From: Cyanobacteriota bacterium
Lineage (GTDB): Bacteria > Cyanobacteriota > Cyanobacteriia > Cyanobacteriales > Nostocaceae
Direction of reading: 5' to 3'
Assembly: GCA_046045965.1 (NCBI GenBank)
Contig: JBJOKS010000019.1
Location: forward strand, 1 to 64,000
Length of the DNA stretch: 64,000 bases
Part shown: positions 21,022-32,763 of the stretch, piece by piece
How positions within the stretch are numbered: position 1 is the first letter of the stretch
Layout: each line of letters opens with the position of its first letter
Made by a program: the position numbers and the translations under genes
The notes under the pieces: generated by a model
What the model was told of the DNA's origin: nothing
What the model saw: the letters and a program-made list of their open reading frames with translations, nothing else
Database searches by the model: none

Positions 21022-21639
21022 TCAACTCCCAGACGTTAAAAAATCTAATGCAAGATTCAATTTCAAAACATTCACTCCTGGTTCACCAAAGAGATCCAAA
21101 AAACGCCCATCAGTGTTTTGAGAAATTAAAGTTTCTAGTTGCTGTGGTTCAATTCCTCTTGCTTTAGCAATGCGTGGAATTTGTACTTTTGCACTTTCAG
21201 GACTAATGTGAGGATCAAGACTTGAACCAGAAGTGTAAACTAAATCAGCAGTAGGTTGAATACCTGCTTTTTTAAGTCGCTGAATTTCACCTTCATTACC
21301 ATTAATTCTTTCCAACAATGCGGGATTACTAGGAGCTAAATTACTAGCACCAGAGACACCAGTTTTCAAAATACCAGCCTCATCATTTTTAGGATCTGCG
21401 GTGCTATAGTTAGTAGTGCTAGGACGACTCCAAAAATACTTTTCACTTGTAAAAGGTTGACCAATTAAAGCTGAACCAATAACCACACCTTGGGAATTTG
21501 TAATTAAACTACCATTTGCTTGATAAGAAAAAGCAACCTGTCCCGAAATCAACATCAATAAAGGATAGATAAAGGTTGTTATCACCCATAAAACTAAAGT
21601 TGAACGAATTGCTTTACTAATTTGGTGTCTCTGACTCAT
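21022..21639 (-). CDS. kdpC: K+-transporting ATPase subunit C (operon 1)
   Basis: QANGSL, YFWSRPS, SGASNL, SGSSLDPHIS, VNVLKLNLALD. Confidence 0.96.
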   Translation of the reverse strand: MSQRHQISKAIRSTLVLWVITTFIYPLLMLISGQVAFSYQANGSLITNSQGVVIGSALIGQPFTSEKYFWSRPSTTNYSTADPKNDEAGILKTGVSGASNLAPSNPALLERINGNEGEIQRLKKAGIQPTADLVYTSGSSLDPHISPESAKVQIPRIAKARGIEPQQLETLISQNTDGRFLDLFGEPGVNVLKLNLALDFLTSGS

Positions 21640-21779
21640 ATTAAAATCTCTCCATTTCAAAAATATTAAAGTTTTTGTTGGTTTAACACAGATCCCCGAC
21701 TTCTTTTTTTATCTTATAAATAAATTCTGAATTGATCTCAGAAGTAGGGGATCTTATTAGAGGATATTAGAAAAAATCA

Positions 21780-21998
21780 TTAAAATCTCTCAGGTTGAAA
21801 AATCACAACAAACAAATAAACACAAAGACAGAGAGTAACAAGTCCCAATAAAGTAATTGTGTAAGCAGAAAAACGTGATTCTGATCCTGGTGTTGCAGCT
21901 TGCACTGCTGGCGCTAATAACACATTAAAGCAAAGTAATAAAAACAAACTCAGAGGAAGACGATGACCTTTAGAAAATGCCATTGATAAATATTCCAT
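21780..21998 (-). CDS. KdpG/KdpF-like small hydrophobic subunit
   Basis: Two TM helices ending YLFVVIFQPERF (KdpF-like), located between kdpB and kdpC. Confidence 0.8.
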   Translation of the reverse strand: MEYLSMAFSKGHRLPLSLFLLLCFNVLLAPAVQAATPGSESRFSAYTITLLGLVTLCLCVYLFVVIFQPERF

Positions 21999-22025
21999 GA
22001 TTTTCAATCCAAAAGAAAGCTAAAA

Positions 22026-24092
22026 TTAAGCTAAACCCACAGACACAATTAAAACATCAATAATTTTGATAGCGATAAAGGGAGCAACCACACCACCCAA
22101 ACCATAAATAAAGATATTTCGTTGCAAAAGTTGGTCAGCAGTGAGAGGACGAAATTTCACACCAGTTAATGCTAAAGGAATCAAAGCCGGAATAATTAAA
22201 GCATTGTAAATTAAAGCTGATAACACAGCAGATTGGGTACTGGCTAAACCCATAATATTTAATCCACTCACACCAATACCAGGGAAAATTGCCGGAATAA
22301 TTGCAAAGTATTTAGCGACATCGTTAGCAATAGAAAAAGTTGTTAAAGCCCCACGAGTAATGAGTAATTGTTTGCCAATAGTCACGATATCAATTAATTT
22401 TGTGGGATCAGAATCCAAGTCCACCATATTAGCAGCTTCCTTTGCCGCTTGTGTACCAGAATTCATTGCCACACCCACATTTGCTTGAGCTAAAGCTGGT
22501 GCATCATTAGTACCATCTCCAGTCATAGCAACTAATTTTCCTTGAGCTTGTTCATTGCGAATGACTTCAATTTTATCCTCTGGAGTTGCTTCCGCAATAA
22601 AATCATCAACTCCTGCTTCTTGGGCAATAACTGAAGCTGTGAGACGGTTATCTCCTGTTAACATTATAGTTTTAATACCCATTCTTCGCATTTGGGCAAA
22701 TCGTTCTTTAATCCCTGGTTTGATAATATCTTTGAGATAAATTACACCGTAAATTTCATCATTTTTACAAACTGCTAAGGGTGTACCACCTAACTTAGAA
22801 ACTCGCTCATAGGCTACATCAAGTTCTGGTGTTAATTTCCCATTGCGAGAACGGACAAATCCTTTAATTGCATCTACAGCACCTTTGCGAATTTCCACAC
22901 CATTGGGTAAATTAATGCCACTCATTCGCGTTTTAGCAGAAAATTCAATACCCTCCGCAGTTTTGGGATTAAAATCTAATTTTGCCCCTAATGATTCTGC
23001 TAATTTAACAATAGATTTTCCTTCGGGAGTTTCATCAAAAACACTGGATGCTAAACAAATTTTAGCAACTTCATCTAAAGAATGACCTTTGACGGGAATA
23101 AATTCCTCAGCCATGCGGTTGCCTAAAGTAATAGTTCCCGTTTTATCTAAAACCAAGGTATTAATATCTCCACAGGCTTCTACAGCCCTGCCAGATGTGG
23201 CTATGACGTTAAATTGGGCGACTCTATCCATTCCAGCAATGCCAATTGCACTTAATAAACCGCCAATTGTAGTAGGAATTAACGCCACTAATAAAGCAAT
23301 TAATACCGCAATACTCACAGGTGATTTAACATAAACTGACACGGTAGGTAAAGTGGCAATTACCACTAAAAAAACCTGAGTTAAAACTGCTAAAAGCACA
23401 GTTAAAGCAATTTCATTAGGGGTTTTAGTTCTCGCAGCACCTTCAACTAAAGAAATCATCCGATCAATAAAACTTTGTCCCGGATCTGATGTGACTCTAA
23501 TGATTAATTCATCAGAAGTAATACGAGTTCCTCCCGTTACAGAACTAGCAATATCAGTTCCTGGTTGTTTTAATACTGGTGCAGATTCTCCAGTAATAGC
23601 AGATTCATCAACAGAAGCTACTCCAGAAATTACTTCTCCATCTGCGGGGATCACATCACCGGAGATAACTTTAATTTGATCACCACGACGTAGAAGACTG
23701 GAATTAATTTCTTGAATAGAACCATCAGGAAGCAGTTTTTTAGCTGTAACGTCTGATTTTGTTGCTCTTAAAGAATCAGCTTGAGCTTTTCCTCTACCTT
23801 CAGCAACAGCTTCTGCAAAGTTGGCAAAAACAAGAGTAAAGAACAAAATTAAGGTAATTAAACCATTAAAAAATCGCGGATTATTTCCAGATGTAACACC
23901 AAAAAGGTTGGGTTCAACAGTTACCAAAGCTGTAATAATTGTCCCCACCCACACCAAAAACATAACTGGATTTTTGATGAGATGGCGTGGGTCTAATTTA
24001 ACAAATGCTTGTTTAAATGCTCTGGAATAAAGCCCAGAACTTTGAATTTTGGGAGTGTGTTTACGTTCTTGTCTAGTTTTGGTAGTTTTCAT
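22026..24092 (-). CDS. kdpB: K+-transporting ATPase subunit B (operon 1)
   Basis: TGES, IPTTIGG, DKTGT, KGA, GDGTND. Confidence 0.98.
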   Translation of the reverse strand: MKTTKTRQERKHTPKIQSSGLYSRAFKQAFVKLDPRHLIKNPVMFLVWVGTIITALVTVEPNLFGVTSGNNPRFFNGLITLILFFTLVFANFAEAVAEGRGKAQADSLRATKSDVTAKKLLPDGSIQEINSSLLRRGDQIKVISGDVIPADGEVISGVASVDESAITGESAPVLKQPGTDIASSVTGGTRITSDELIIRVTSDPGQSFIDRMISLVEGAARTKTPNEIALTVLLAVLTQVFLVVIATLPTVSVYVKSPVSIAVLIALLVALIPTTIGGLLSAIGIAGMDRVAQFNVIATSGRAVEACGDINTLVLDKTGTITLGNRMAEEFIPVKGHSLDEVAKICLASSVFDETPEGKSIVKLAESLGAKLDFNPKTAEGIEFSAKTRMSGINLPNGVEIRKGAVDAIKGFVRSRNGKLTPELDVAYERVSKLGGTPLAVCKNDEIYGVIYLKDIIKPGIKERFAQMRRMGIKTIMLTGDNRLTASVIAQEAGVDDFIAEATPEDKIEVIRNEQAQGKLVAMTGDGTNDAPALAQANVGVAMNSGTQAAKEAANMVDLDSDPTKLIDIVTIGKQLLITRGALTTFSIANDVAKYFAIIPAIFPGIGVSGLNIMGLASTQSAVLSALIYNALIIPALIPLALTGVKFRPLTADQLLQRNIFIYGLGGVVAPFIAIKIIDVLIVSVGLA

Positions 24093-24192
24093 GGAATTTT
24101 AGTTACTGTTAAATTCTGTTTTAGGAAAAACGAACCACAGAGGACACAGAGAAATACAAGTTTGAGACTGGGTAAGAAAGGAAAGATATTAT

Positions 24193-25872
24193 TTATTTAG
24201 AAAGTAAAAACCATTCTGCAATTGGACCTAAAACCAATACAGGAAAGAAAGTTAACGCCCCCAGAATTAAAATTACTCCTCCTGTAACTCCGGTAAATAA
24301 ACGAGTGTCTGTTCTGAGAGTACCGGAAGTCATGGGAACTGGTTGTTTTCTAGAAATACCATCCGCTAATAACAATAAAGCGATAATTGGAATATAACGA
24401 CCGACTAAAATACTGACACTGGCGCTCAGATTCCACCACAAGGTATTATCTCCCAAACCTTCAAAACCAGAACCATTGTTTGCAGCAGCAGAAGCATATT
24501 CATAAACTACTTGAGAAACACCATGAAATCCTGGGTTACTAATACCTGAAATAGCATCAGGAAAGGCAAAAACTATCGCCCAAGGAATTAAAACAGCAAA
24601 GGGATGAACTAATAAAACTACACTGGCAAGAACTATTTCTTGTTTTTCAATTTTTCGTCCTAAAAATTCTGGTGTTCTACCTACCATTAATCCTGTTAGG
24701 AATACTGCCAAAATCAAGTAGATAAATAAATAAGCTGTTCCTGTTCCCTGTCCTCCCCAAATAATTTGTAAAAACAGATTGGAAAGGGTGGAAAATCCTC
24801 CAGTTGGCATTAAGGAATCGTGCATTCCATTAACAGCGCCACACATTGTTGCTGTTGTCATCACTGCCCAAAGTGCTGTTTGCGCCCAACCAAATCTTAC
24901 TTCTTTTCCTTCTAAATTAGGTTGTTGTGATCCCAAGAGGGAATTAACAAGAGGATTTCCTTGATATTCACCAATAGCTGTTATTGCTACTAGGAAAACA
25001 AAGATGATAAATACCATCCAATATACTAACCATGCTTGTTTGAGATTATTAGCAAATACTCCATAAGTGTAAATTAAGGCTGAGGGAATAGAAATCATTG
25101 CCCAGGTTTCTAATAAGTTAGAAAAACCATTGGGGTTTTCAAAGGGATGGGCTGAGTTAATCCCAAAAAAACCACCACCATTTTCACCAATTTGTTTGAT
25201 AATTTCATAATGGGCAACGGGTCCGCGAGCTATAGCTTGTGTTGCTCCTTCTAATGTTGTTGCTGTTGCTACTCCTGCTAGGGTTTCTGGTACACCAGCT
25301 ATGATTAATAATAATCCCCCCACAATAGACATAGGTAATAAAATTCGGGTAATTGATTTAGTTAAATCAATATAAAAATTCCCTAGTTTTCTACCTGTTA
25401 AACCGCGAATAAAGGCAATACCTACTGCTAATCCTGTGGCTGCTGAGGTAAACATTAAAAAACCGATAGCAAAGGTTTGACTGGCATAACTAAAGGTTGT
25501 TTCTCCAGAGTAATGTTGTTGATCTGTGTTAGTTAAAAAAGATAGGGTGGTGTGTAATGCCAAATCCCAACTCGGTGCTTTTAATCCTGTAGGATTGAGC
25601 GGTAAAAATCCTTGAGTCATGAATATACAAAATACTAAAATTGCCATGACAAGATTGCTATAAAGTATGGCTTTTGCATATTGCCAACCTGTCATGTCAT
25701 CTTCATTACTGACTCCAATTAATGCGTAAATTATTCTTTCTGTGGGATTTAATACGGGATCTAATACTGTTCTTTCCCCTAGAAAAACACGAGCAATATA
25801 TTTTCCCAGTATGGGAGTGGTGGCAATGACAATTATTAATGTCAATGCTATTTGTATCCAACCTTGTATCAT
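24193..25872 (-). CDS. kdpA: K+-transporting ATPase subunit A (operon 1)
   Basis: TNTDQQ, GENGGG, TMCGA, NNGS filter loops; GRTPEFLG. Confidence 0.98.
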   Translation of the reverse strand: MIQGWIQIALTLIIVIATTPILGKYIARVFLGERTVLDPVLNPTERIIYALIGVSNEDDMTGWQYAKAILYSNLVMAILVFCIFMTQGFLPLNPTGLKAPSWDLALHTTLSFLTNTDQQHYSGETTFSYASQTFAIGFLMFTSAATGLAVGIAFIRGLTGRKLGNFYIDLTKSITRILLPMSIVGGLLLIIAGVPETLAGVATATTLEGATQAIARGPVAHYEIIKQIGENGGGFFGINSAHPFENPNGFSNLLETWAMISIPSALIYTYGVFANNLKQAWLVYWMVFIIFVFLVAITAIGEYQGNPLVNSLLGSQQPNLEGKEVRFGWAQTALWAVMTTATMCGAVNGMHDSLMPTGGFSTLSNLFLQIIWGGQGTGTAYLFIYLILAVFLTGLMVGRTPEFLGRKIEKQEIVLASVVLLVHPFAVLIPWAIVFAFPDAISGISNPGFHGVSQVVYEYASAAANNGSGFEGLGDNTLWWNLSASVSILVGRYIPIIALLLLADGISRKQPVPMTSGTLRTDTRLFTGVTGGVILILGALTFFPVLVLGPIAEWFLLSK

Positions 25873-26386
25873 GAATTATTAAAACTCCTAATAGACTTAA
25901 TTAAATAGGCATAATATGAGCTTCACCAATTTATATCATTATTGATTTTGATCTTGAAAGCAAGGGATACAAGGATATAAAAACTGTTTATTTTTTATGT
26001 TTGTGTGTTTACTGCAAGATATATATCACTGTTTAGTAAGTTTAGTTGAAATCTAAACACTAGATATGTTTTTGTTTAAATATTGTTTAAGTGTTGTTCA
26101 GATATTTCCATTAAATACTTATGTAAAGGTCATATAATACGGAATAATTAACCACGGAAGCACGAAATACATAGAGAAATGAGGGTCTGAGAAATAGGAT
26201 AATTTTTTTGCCTTGACAATTTTCAAGTTTAATGGATGATATATTTAAGAGAAGTTGATCTTTAGGTTAATAGATTGTTATCATGATGATTAAAACTTAT
26301 ATTTTATCATCAATACCCATTACCAGTTTCAACTAGGGCAGCTAAGTATTTGATTTTGATATAAATTGAGTTTAGGTAATTAAAAA

Positions 26387-27505
26387 ATGACATATTTACA
26401 AATTAATTTATTCAACAGAAATTTTTTCCTTGGTAAAAGTTTTGTAATTATCACTATATTTATATTGCTAGTTTCTTTAGAATATTCTACCCCCAATGAT
26501 TATGTTTTTGGATATCTTTATAGTGGTTCAATTGTCTTAGTTAATTATTGGTTTGGAGGTATGGCAACAAGAAGTGCCACTTTTCTTGCTGTTTGTTTAA
26601 CTATATTAAATATTTGGATACCTGGAAATGAATCTATTCAGGCTTTTACTATTGCTAATCGCTTCATTGCAGCTATAGCATTAATAGTTACAGGATTTTT
26701 GAGTCAAAGATTGAGCAAAACTCAACAAACTATTGCATTAACTCAAAATCAATTAGCAGCCCAAGAACAACTAATGAGACTACGAGAAGATTTTGCTTCT
26801 ACACTGACTCATGATTTAAAAACTCCAATTTTAGGCGCAATTGAAACTATTAAAGCATTTCAACAAGAAAAATTTGGTGCGGTTTCACCAAGTCAAGAAA
26901 AAGTTTTAGCAACAATGGCACGCAGTCATCAAACATCCTTAGTTTTATTGGAAACTTTATTAGATGTTTATCGTAATGATATTGAGGGATTAAAGCTAAA
27001 TTTAGCACCTGTGGATTTAGTTGTGTTAGCAGAAACGGCGGCTTCTACTTTGATGGAATTAGCAGCAAATCGTCGCATTCACATATCATTAAACTATGGT
27101 GATTCTGATTGGAAGCGATCGCTTTGGGTTCTTGGTGATGCGCTACAACTACAACGAGTGGTTGATAACCTGTTAATTAATGCTATTAATCATTCTCGAA
27201 GAGGCGATCGCGTTGAAGTTATATTAGAATCCCTACTTTCCTATCAAGTTGTGAAAATTCTTGACACTGGTGCTGGTATCCCCCCAGAACAGTTTCCCCA
27301 TTTGTTTGAACGATTTTACCAAGTACACAGTGATTGTGGTGGTCTTTCCCAACGTCAAGCTAAAGGTTCAGGATTAGGACTTTATTTATCTCGACAAATT
27401 ATTGAAGCCCATCACGGTATAATATGGGCAGAAAACAGAGTTCCTAATGGAGCTATTTTTGGCTTCAAGCTCCCTGTTTTACCATTTCAGTCTTCTGGTC
27501 TTTAA
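26387..27505 (+). CDS. Membrane sensor histidine kinase
   Basis: N-terminal TM helices, THDLKTP H-box, N box, DTGAG, GSGLGL. Confidence 0.93.
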   Translation: MTYLQINLFNRNFFLGKSFVIITIFILLVSLEYSTPNDYVFGYLYSGSIVLVNYWFGGMATRSATFLAVCLTILNIWIPGNESIQAFTIANRFIAAIALIVTGFLSQRLSKTQQTIALTQNQLAAQEQLMRLREDFASTLTHDLKTPILGAIETIKAFQQEKFGAVSPSQEKVLATMARSHQTSLVLLETLLDVYRNDIEGLKLNLAPVDLVVLAETAASTLMELAANRRIHISLNYGDSDWKRSLWVLGDALQLQRVVDNLLINAINHSRRGDRVEVILESLLSYQVVKILDTGAGIPPEQFPHLFERFYQVHSDCGGLSQRQAKGSGLGLYLSRQIIEAHHGIIWAENRVPNGAIFGFKLPVLPFQSSGL

Positions 27506-27529
27506 ATATATCTCAAATATCTAGGTAAA

Positions 27530-28219
27530 ATGTCTTCTACCACCATAAAAATTCTGCTTGTTGAAGATGATGAACTTTTTCGTTTAGGTTTGTGTGTGCG
27601 ATTGCAACAGGAAATTGGTTTGGAAATTATCGCCGAAGCTGAAGATGGAGAAACAGCAATTGATTTAGTTAATAAACATTCTCTTGATGTGGTTTTATTA
27701 GATATCGGATTACCTGGAATCGGCGGACTTGAAACTTGTTATCAAATTAAACAAAAATACCCCAATTTACCAGTTTTAGTTCTCACTTCCCATTCTCAAA
27801 AATCTCTAATTACACAGTTAATTACTGCGGGCGCTCAAGGTTATTGCCTCAAAGGTGTTGCTGCTGAAACATTGGTTTTGGCTCTCCGTTCTGTTGCTGC
27901 TGGTGCATCTTGGTGGGATGAAATCGCAACTCAAGAAATTCGTTCTTCCTTAACTTTAAATTCTGCCCATTTATCTTCAGATAATAATTCCAAAACTCTC
28001 AATCCTCTCACCCATCGGGAAGTAGAAATTCTCCAACTTTTAGCAGCAGGAAAAACTAATCATCAAATAGGGGAAATTCTTTATATTACAACCGGTACTG
28101 TCAGAGTTCATGTTCACGCAATTTTACATAAATTGGGAGTTAGCGATCGCCAAACTGCTGTTACCGTAGCTTTACAAAAACAGTTAATTAGTTATCCAGT
28201 AAAAATTCAGAATTTATAA
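27530..28219 (+). CDS. NarL/LuxR family response regulator
   Basis: VEDD, LLDIGLPG receiver domain; LTHREVEILQLLAAG..N LuxR HTH. Confidence 0.94.
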   Translation: MSSTTIKILLVEDDELFRLGLCVRLQQEIGLEIIAEAEDGETAIDLVNKHSLDVVLLDIGLPGIGGLETCYQIKQKYPNLPVLVLTSHSQKSLITQLITAGAQGYCLKGVAAETLVLALRSVAAGASWWDEIATQEIRSSLTLNSAHLSSDNNSKTLNPLTHREVEILQLLAAGKTNHQIGEILYITTGTVRVHVHAILHKLGVSDRQTAVTVALQKQLISYPVKIQNL

Positions 28220-28722
28220 CAATAATCAAATCAAAAATCAACATTGGCATAACCAACAACCCTTGTATCCCTGGTTACAATCGTGCAAACATATATAATT
28301 TCCCTATATCTTCTTACACAACTCATAATTTTTCCCAAAACTCGGAAATAGAGAATATAATTATCTGCTAACCTTTGTTATGGTTGGCATCCAATATATT
28401 ACAAGTGTAGTCTTATACGATGAGCAAATAAAGATGTAATAAAATGATCAGGAGTTTTTAGATTTTTGAAAGCATAAACTTACTTAATTGCTTGTATAAA
28501 CAGATATAAATAAGCTAACTAGCAAAAAAGATGAGTAAGAGTAAAAATGAAATATTCTTAATCACAAATTCAACAAATATCCAGAAAATAGTCAATCAAG
28601 ATTGATAAATTGGGTGATATTAAGACATCATCCAATCACCAGCAATCAAATTTACCAATAAGTTAGGTATTATTTTTCCAAATCGACTGGCTATAAATTC
28701 AGTGTAATCGAGTAAGAAATAA

Positions 28723-30612
28723 ATGGGACAAGGTTTTTTACAAATTGCGTTAACGCTATGTATTGTCATAGCTATCACTCCTAGATTGGGAAAATACATA
28801 GCCCGTGTTTTTTTGGGAGAAAGCACAATGCTTGATCCCATCATGAACCCGATAGAGAACATTATCTATATAGTAGGGGGTGTGAGTAGAAAAGAGGAGA
28901 TGACAGCTTGGCAATATATCCGGGCAGTTATAAGCAGTAACTTAATTATGGGTATTGCTGTATATGCACTAATTTATTTTCAGCGAGTTTTACCGTGGAA
29001 TCCCAACGGATTTAGTACACCAACCTGGGATATAGTGCTACATACTACCATATCATTTTTAACTAACACAGACCAGCAACACTACACAGGGGAAACAACC
29101 TTAAGCTATTTTAGCCAAACAGCAGCTTTAGGCTTTTTAATGTTCACCTCAGCAGCAACCGGTTTAGCAGTAGGAATAGCATTTATTCGGGGTTTGACAG
29201 GCAGAAACTTAGGGAATGTTTACATTGATATTACCCGTGCCATTACCAGAATATTGTTGCCCATTTCCATTATCGGTGCGATCGCACTCATAGCTTTAGG
29301 TGTACCAGAAACACTAAAAGAAACTTTAGTAGTCCAAACCTTAGAAGGAGGAACTCAGTATATACCTAGAGGTCCAGTTGCTTCCTTTGAAATCATTAAA
29401 ATGCTAGGCCAAAACGGTGGCGGCTTTTTTGCTGCTAACTCAGCCCATCCCTTTGAAAATCCCAATGGCGCATCTAACCTAATAGAAATCATCGCCATGA
29501 TTGCTATACCCTCATCTTTAATTTACACCTACGGAGTATTTGCCAATAACCAAAGACAAACCTGGTTGCTGTTTTGGATGGTGTTTGTGATTTTTGTGAT
29601 TTTGATATGGGTTACAGCCTTTGGTGAACTACAAGGAAATCCCATTATTAACCAAGCATTGAACACAGAACTACCAAACTTAGAAGGGAAAGAAGAAAGA
29701 TTTGGCTGGGCAGAAACGGCATTATGGGCAGTGACAACCACTGCTACTATGTGCGGTGCAGTTAACGGAATGCTCGATTCCTTCATGCCCCAAGGCATAT
29801 TTTCCAGCTTATTTAACTTATTTATGCAGATGATTTGGGGAGGACAGGGAATAGGAACAGCCTACCTGTTTATTTATCTGATCCTCACGGTTTTCGTAAC
29901 TGGGTTAATGGTAGGACGCACCCCCGAAATTTTCGGACGCAAAATAGAACAAAGGGAAATATTTCTGGCTAGTGTTGTGCTGTTGATTCACCCGATCATG
30001 GTATTAGTGCCTAGTGCGATCGCTCTAGCTTATCCTATCTCCCTATCAGGAATTAGCAACCCCGGCTTTCACGGCATTTCTCAAGTAGTTTATGAATACG
30101 CCTCCGCCGCAGCTAACAATGGTTCTGGACTAGAGGGTTTAAAAGACAATACCCTATGGTGGAACTTGAGTAGCAGTTTCAGCATCCTAGCAGGGCGTTA
30201 CATTCCCATTATTGCCATCCTCCTCTTAGCTGATAGTATGTCACACAAACCAATAGTCCCCCAAACTCGTGCTACTCTCAGAACCGATTCTTTACTATTT
30301 ACCACCGTTACAGCTTTTGTCACCATCATTTTAGCCGTCCTCACCTTCTTCCCAGTTTTAGCTTTAGGACCGGTAGCCGAAGGTTTTAAACTAGCATCTG
30401 GAAGTTTGGGGACTGGGGACTGGGGACTGGGGACTGGGGACTGGGGACTGGGGACTGGTAAAAATCTTTTCTTCCCCTGCCTCCCCTGCCTCCCCTGCCT
30501 CCCCTGCCTCCCCTGCCTCCCCTGCCTCCCCTGCCCCCTGCCCCCTGCCCCCTGTCACCTGTCACCTGTCACCTCTTCCTATGAACTCTGCTGCAACTAC
30601 CCCAAGACCTAA
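28723..30612 (+). CDS. kdpA: K+-transporting ATPase subunit A (operon 2) with repeat-encoded C-terminal extension
   Basis: Paralogous to KdpA1 up to about residue 561, then GTGDW/PCL repeats. Confidence 0.93.
   Translation: MGQGFLQIALTLCIVIAITPRLGKYIARVFLGESTMLDPIMNPIENIIYIVGGVSRKEEMTAWQYIRAVISSNLIMGIAVYALIYFQRVLPWNPNGFSTPTWDIVLHTTISFLTNTDQQHYTGETTLSYFSQTAALGFLMFTSAATGLAVGIAFIRGLTGRNLGNVYIDITRAITRILLPISIIGAIALIALGVPETLKETLVVQTLEGGTQYIPRGPVASFEIIKMLGQNGGGFFAANSAHPFENPNGASNLIEIIAMIAIPSSLIYTYGVFANNQRQTWLLFWMVFVIFVILIWVTAFGELQGNPIINQALNTELPNLEGKEERFGWAETALWAVTTTATMCGAVNGMLDSFMPQGIFSSLFNLFMQMIWGGQGIGTAYLFIYLILTVFVTGLMVGRTPEIFGRKIEQREIFLASVVLLIHPIMVLVPSAIALAYPISLSGISNPGFHGISQVVYEYASAAANNGSGLEGLKDNTLWWNLSSSFSILAGRYIPIIAILLLADSMSHKPIVPQTRATLRTDSLLFTTVTAFVTIILAVLTFFPVLALGPVAEGFKLASGSLGTGDWGLGTGDWGLGTGKNLFFPCLPCLPCLPCLPCLPCLPCPLPPAPCHLSPVTSSYELCCNYPKT
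30407..30573. repeat. Tandem repeat block (GGGGACT)n, (CCCCTGCCT)n, (TGTCACC)n
   Basis: Seen directly. Confidence 0.95.
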
Positions 30613-32686
30613 ATCTTCTCGTCCGCGTCCTAGCGATCGCCGTCTCAAACGCAAAAAATCACGAATCAGCACCAAAGGACTCTACACCAGAGCAATTAGG
30701 GATACCTTTATTAAGCTATCTCCCCAATATGCCATTAAAAATCCCATCATGTTTTTAGTCTGGTTAGGAACAATCATCACCCTAGCCGCCACAATTTACC
30801 CCCCCATATTTGGACCAGTCAACCAAAAAAACCCCCAACTGTTCAACGGCTTGTTAACAGTGATCTTATTTTTCACTGTTCTTTTTGCCAATTTCGCCGA
30901 AGCATTAGCACAAGGAAGAGGTAAAGCCCAAGCCGATGCTTTGCGATCTACCAGAACAGAAACCATCGCCAAAAAAATTGTCGTTGATGGCACAATCACA
31001 GAAATTCCTTCCACCAGTCTCAAAAAAGGTGATACGGTCTACGTCTCTGCTGGTGATATCATCCCCGCAGATGGGGAAGTGATTTTGGGTGTCGCTTCCG
31101 TCGATGAATCAGCAATTACCGGTGAATCAGCCCCAGTATTGAAAGAATCAAGTTCAGACGTTGCCAGTTCTGTTACTGGTGGTACACGCATCATCTCCGA
31201 TGAGTTAATCATCCGTATCACTGCTGACCCCGGTAAGGGATTTATTGATCGGATGATTGACTTAGTAGAAGGTGCAGAACGCACTAAAACACCTAATGAA
31301 ATCGCCTTAACAATTTTGCTATCAGTGCTGACCTTGGTATTTTTGTTTGTGGTCGCAACCCTGCCCGCCTTTGCGTATTATGTTAATAGTCCCGTTAGCG
31401 TTACCGTATTAATTGCCCTCTTGGTAGCACTCATCCCCACCACCATTGGCAGCTTACTCAGTGCTATTGGCATCGCAGGTATGGATAGAGTTGCCCAATT
31501 TAACATCATTGCCACCTCTGGAAGGGCAGTGGAAGCCTGTGGAGATATCAATACTCTAGTTTTAGATAAAACAGGTACAATCACCCTTGGCAACCGCTTG
31601 GCAGAAGCTTTTATCCCCATCAACGGTCACTCAATGGTCGAAATTGCTAACATTGCTTTGGCAGCCAGTATATTTGACGATACTCCAGAAGGTCGGTCTA
31701 TTGTCCGATTGGCAGAAAAATTTGGGGCAAAATTTGATATAGACCGCAAACAAGCCCAAGGAGTAGAATTTTCCGCCAAAACCCGCATGAGTGGTACTAA
31801 CTTTCCTGGTGGACATGAAGCGCGAAAAGGTTCTGTAGGAGCAATTAAAGGCTTTGTTCGTTCCCTCAATGGACGGGAAACTCCAGAACTAGATACTGCT
31901 TATGAAGAAGTTTCCCACCAAGGCGGTACACCCCTGGCTGTTTGTCTCGATAATGAAATCTATGGTGTAATTTATCTTAAAGATATTGTTAAACCCGGTA
32001 TCCGTGAACGTTTTGAGCAATTGCGACGCATGGGAGTGCGTACCGTGATGTTGACTGGAGATAACCGCATTACTACTTCTGTTATTGCTAAAGAAGCAGG
32101 AGTAGATGAATTTATCGCCGAAGCGACACCAGAAGATAAAATCAGTGTCATTCAACGGGAACAGGCAGAAGGTAAACTGGTGGCTATGACCGGAGATGGA
32201 ACTAATGATGCTCCTGCTTTAGCTCAGGCTAATGTGGGTGTGGCCATGAATACGGGAACTCAAGCTGCTAAGGAAGCTGCTAATATGGTGGACTTAGACT
32301 CTGATCCCACAAAACTCATTGATATCGTCAGTATTGGTAAACAATTATTGATTACTCGTGGAGCATTGACGACTTTTTCTATTGCCAATGATATTGCTAA
32401 ATATTTTGCTATTATCCCGGTAATTTTCGCGGCTGCTAATTTACAAAGCTTGAATATTATGAGGTTAACCAGTGTTAATTCGGCGGTATTGTCGGCACTG
32501 ATTTACAATGCTTTGATTATTCCGGCTCTCATTCCTTTAGCATTGAAGGGTGTAAAATTTCGGCCTTTGACTGCTAATCAACTTCTACAACGCAATATTT
32601 TTCTTTATGGCTTGGGTGGTATAATTGCTCCATTTATTGCCATTAAATTAATAGATATGCTAATTACAGTTGCTGGTTTAGCTTAA
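30581..32686 (+). CDS. kdpB: K+-transporting ATPase subunit B (operon 2)
   Basis: TGES, DKTGT, GDGTND. Confidence 0.97.
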   Translation: MNSAATTPRPKSSRPRPSDRRLKRKKSRISTKGLYTRAIRDTFIKLSPQYAIKNPIMFLVWLGTIITLAATIYPPIFGPVNQKNPQLFNGLLTVILFFTVLFANFAEALAQGRGKAQADALRSTRTETIAKKIVVDGTITEIPSTSLKKGDTVYVSAGDIIPADGEVILGVASVDESAITGESAPVLKESSSDVASSVTGGTRIISDELIIRITADPGKGFIDRMIDLVEGAERTKTPNEIALTILLSVLTLVFLFVVATLPAFAYYVNSPVSVTVLIALLVALIPTTIGSLLSAIGIAGMDRVAQFNIIATSGRAVEACGDINTLVLDKTGTITLGNRLAEAFIPINGHSMVEIANIALAASIFDDTPEGRSIVRLAEKFGAKFDIDRKQAQGVEFSAKTRMSGTNFPGGHEARKGSVGAIKGFVRSLNGRETPELDTAYEEVSHQGGTPLAVCLDNEIYGVIYLKDIVKPGIRERFEQLRRMGVRTVMLTGDNRITTSVIAKEAGVDEFIAEATPEDKISVIQREQAEGKLVAMTGDGTNDAPALAQANVGVAMNTGTQAAKEAANMVDLDSDPTKLIDIVSIGKQLLITRGALTTFSIANDIAKYFAIIPVIFAAANLQSLNIMRLTSVNSAVLSALIYNALIIPALIPLALKGVKFRPLTANQLLQRNIFLYGLGGIIAPFIAIKLIDMLITVAGLA

Positions 32687-32763
32687 TCACAGATGACTGG
32701 GGACTGGGAAATACTCTTGCCGATTACCAATTCTAAAATCTAAAATCTAAAATCTAAAATTCA

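Noticed and set aside
22555..24964. Short antisense ORFs mirrored in both kdp operons
   Set aside because: Shadows of conserved sense-strand codons; their similarity is explained by paralogy.
25873..26386. c-di-AMP (ydaO) riboswitch or kdpF upstream of kdpA1
   Set aside because: Very AT-rich, with no riboswitch consensus or convincing hydrophobic small ORF.
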